Assembly (NCBI RefSeq): GCF_039654945.1
Contig: NW_027361671.1
Coordinates: 26,226,001 to 26,290,000, forward strand
DNA from: Dendrobates tinctorius
Lineage: Eukaryota
Direction: 5' to 3'
DNA length: 64,000 bases
Shown: one piece after another, positions 62,067-64,000 of the stretch
How the letters are laid out: the number at the start of each line of letters is the position of its first letter
Numbering within the stretch: the stretch's first letter is position 1
Notes under the pieces: model-generated
The model's input: the letters and a program-made list of their open reading frames with translations, nothing else
Databases searched by the model: none
What the model was told of the DNA's origin: nothing
Made by a program: the position numbers and the translations under genes

Positions 62067-62518
62067 AGGGGTTTTTCACCACAGGCTTGTTTCTTATGAA
62101 TAGTCCTGTGGTGGTCTTAAAAGAAAAACATATACTTACTGACTATACCCCAGTGTCCCTCCTCGCTACTGGCAATGGAACTACCCTTCTGCCATTCTCG
62201 CTTCCTCTTCAAATTCGGAAAGTCATGTGATCCCTACATCAAAACAGCCGCCACTGATTGCTGTTCCGTCTTAGCCGGTAGAGAGACTTAAGAGATCATT
62301 TCTTATGGCTCCGACAAGATGTCACGGTTGCAGCTAATCAAAGGCTAGTGATTGGCTACAGCTGTAACATGACATCCTCCACTAAAACAGGAAGAGAGTA
62401 GACTAGTGGGGATACAGTAAGGATAAAGTCCAGAACTCCTGTAGTTGTTCTGCAGATTTTTTTTTTAAGACCATCATGCGCCCATTTGTAAGACACAATA
62501 TTTGAGTGAATAACTCCT
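62067..62518. mobile_element. T2/Kolobok-type MITE, degenerate
   Basis: ttaa|aggggtttttcac ... gtgaataactcct|gtaa, with subterminal ggtcttaaaa / ttttaagacc. Confidence 0.6.
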
Positions 62519-62829
62519 GTAAAAATAGTATGATCAGTTTAAACAGCACTAAATAGGAGAGATGCCAACTTTTTTTTACAATTTTTGTGGTGCTTTAGCA
62601 CCATGAATATGAAAACAAATTGTTAAAATGGAGCCCAAAGCTACTGTAAGTACCTTCAAGCCATTCCCTAACACAGCTGAGCTGAAAGCTGTCTGCATTA
62701 AGGGCTCTACAACCCTTCCCTCTGCTCTTGATTGGCAGATGTAGCATCTAACCAGCAGTCTGCAACGGCCATGGCTGGAAAGAGTAGAAAACAGCCGCAG
62801 GGAGATCCGGAATCCTGTGTGTGTCCTTG

Positions 62830-63149
62830 GGATATGTTCACACGCAGTGCTTTTGCAGCATTTTTTTAGGCGAAAAAAGATGAATTTTACAGCAAAAGCT
62901 TTGAGATTTCAGAAATCTCGTTCACATGCTTGTTTTTTTTTTCTGACTGAATTTGACAACTGAAGATTGTTTGAAATCTGCAGTATGTCAATTTTTTTCA
63001 GTATTTTTGCAGCGTTTTTTGATTTGTAGAATGCAATAAGAAAGTGAAAAAATGCTTCAAAAATGTAGCAAAACAGTTTTTGGTACCAAAAGAGCAGGTT
63101 TTGGCTGCTTTAAAAAGCTGCAACAAAAAGGCTGCATGTGAACATAGCC
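62830..63149. mobile_element. PIF/Harbinger-type MITE
   Basis: ggatatgttcacacgcag / ctgcatgtgaacatagcc TIRs, similar to 1196-1558. Confidence 0.68.
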
Positions 63150-63499
63150 TAGGTGTTAAATGTGTATATGATGTATAGACTGTAACAAAACTTAGATAGT
63201 TTAACTTCTACTTTGAAATTATTTTCTGTATATTTATGTCTGTTATTCCATATAAAAAATGTAAATTCCTTACTTCCTTACTCTTATCATGCTGAACAAG
63301 CAAAATGTTTTGAAGTGAAAGGAGTCGAGCAGATTGATGTACCGTCGAGTTTTGTAGGAGCAGAGTCAGTGTAGCTTCATTTTTTCATATAACAGAACCC
63401 AGGCTCAAATCCCCAAACAGACATAAAAAACCTGTTAGTAAATCCACCAGATTCCCGGGTCCAATAACTCAGTGTAACATATGACTTTGTTTTTTTCTA

Positions 63500-63677
63500 T
63501 TAACCACAAATTCAAGCCCTCACTGCCGCCTGCTGCATCCAACTCAAAACATTTCAAGAATCTACTCATTTTTCAGCTTTGAATCAACAAAAAATATTAA
63601 GGACTACCCATACTGTTTCCAGTCTAGACTACTGCAACATTTTTCTGTGAGGCTTTCCACCTAACAATCTTACACAC
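63500..63677 (+). pseudogene. Old L2 LINE fragment
   Basis: Similar to ~3865-4040 (tcaagccctc...caactcaaaac...gactactgcaacat). Confidence 0.7.
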
Positions 63678-64000
63678 TGTGGTGTGACTGGTGGTCGCGT
63701 GGTTAATGGGAGGTATATGTCACAGGGATGGATGCTCCCTGTGATGCAACCGAGTTTTTTTGTCTTTAGAGCCCATGAGCACTAATATCTCGTTTAGTGC
63801 ACCTGGGTCTGGGTTGCAGGTAGCTGAGAGATGGGATGGTCAGGCTACCTCTGGGTGACGGTGCTCACTGTACCCCTGTTTTCCTTCAGGACCTGCAGGT
63901 GTTTGAGGACCTGCAGTGAGGTCATGATCATGTGACCAGTGCATGTGATGTTACCTCACCTGTGGGTGTGGTTAGAGGCTATGTAATGGAGCCTGTGTGT
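63678..64000. mobile_element. Probable LTR start running off the window
   Basis: Abrupt tgtggtg start interrupting the L2 fragment, with catgtgacc motifs like those in 6404-7339; the other end is not visible. Confidence 0.4.

Overview
This is eukaryotic, vertebrate DNA, most likely an anuran amphibian (inferred from the mix of Tc1, TTAA-flanked T2/Kolobok and piggyBac MITEs, Harbinger MITEs, V-SINEs, DIRS and hammerhead-type repeats). The window is a dense, nested transposable-element field. I could not support any host protein-coding gene, rRNA, true tRNA or CRISPR array. Main elements: a 5'-truncated L2 LINE; seven Tc1-family copies, one (7352-8957) with an uninterrupted 340-aa DD34E transposase and near-identical 207-bp TIRs; a full-length chromodomain Gypsy element (14578-20156); a degenerate Gmr1-like Gypsy with integrase ahead of RT; a structurally complete DIRS1-type tyrosine-recombinase retrotransposon (47717-53362); a Helitron; a core-deleted piggyBac; hAT, piggyBac, Harbinger and Kolobok non-autonomous elements; solo LTRs; two V-SINEs; and several minisatellites. 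Best leads: (1) a young Chapaev3 fold-back element made of two ~545-bp inverted copies of the transposase 5' end, a possible Mu-killer-like hairpin silencer; (2) an apparent in-frame spliceosomal intron in DIRS ORF1, at the same position in two divergent DIRS copies; (3) a tRNA-independent self-priming signal and a mutated -1 frameshift cassette in the Gypsy element; (4) hammerhead-ribozyme-like Penelope/retrozyme relics. Family names come from motif recognition by eye, not database searches.
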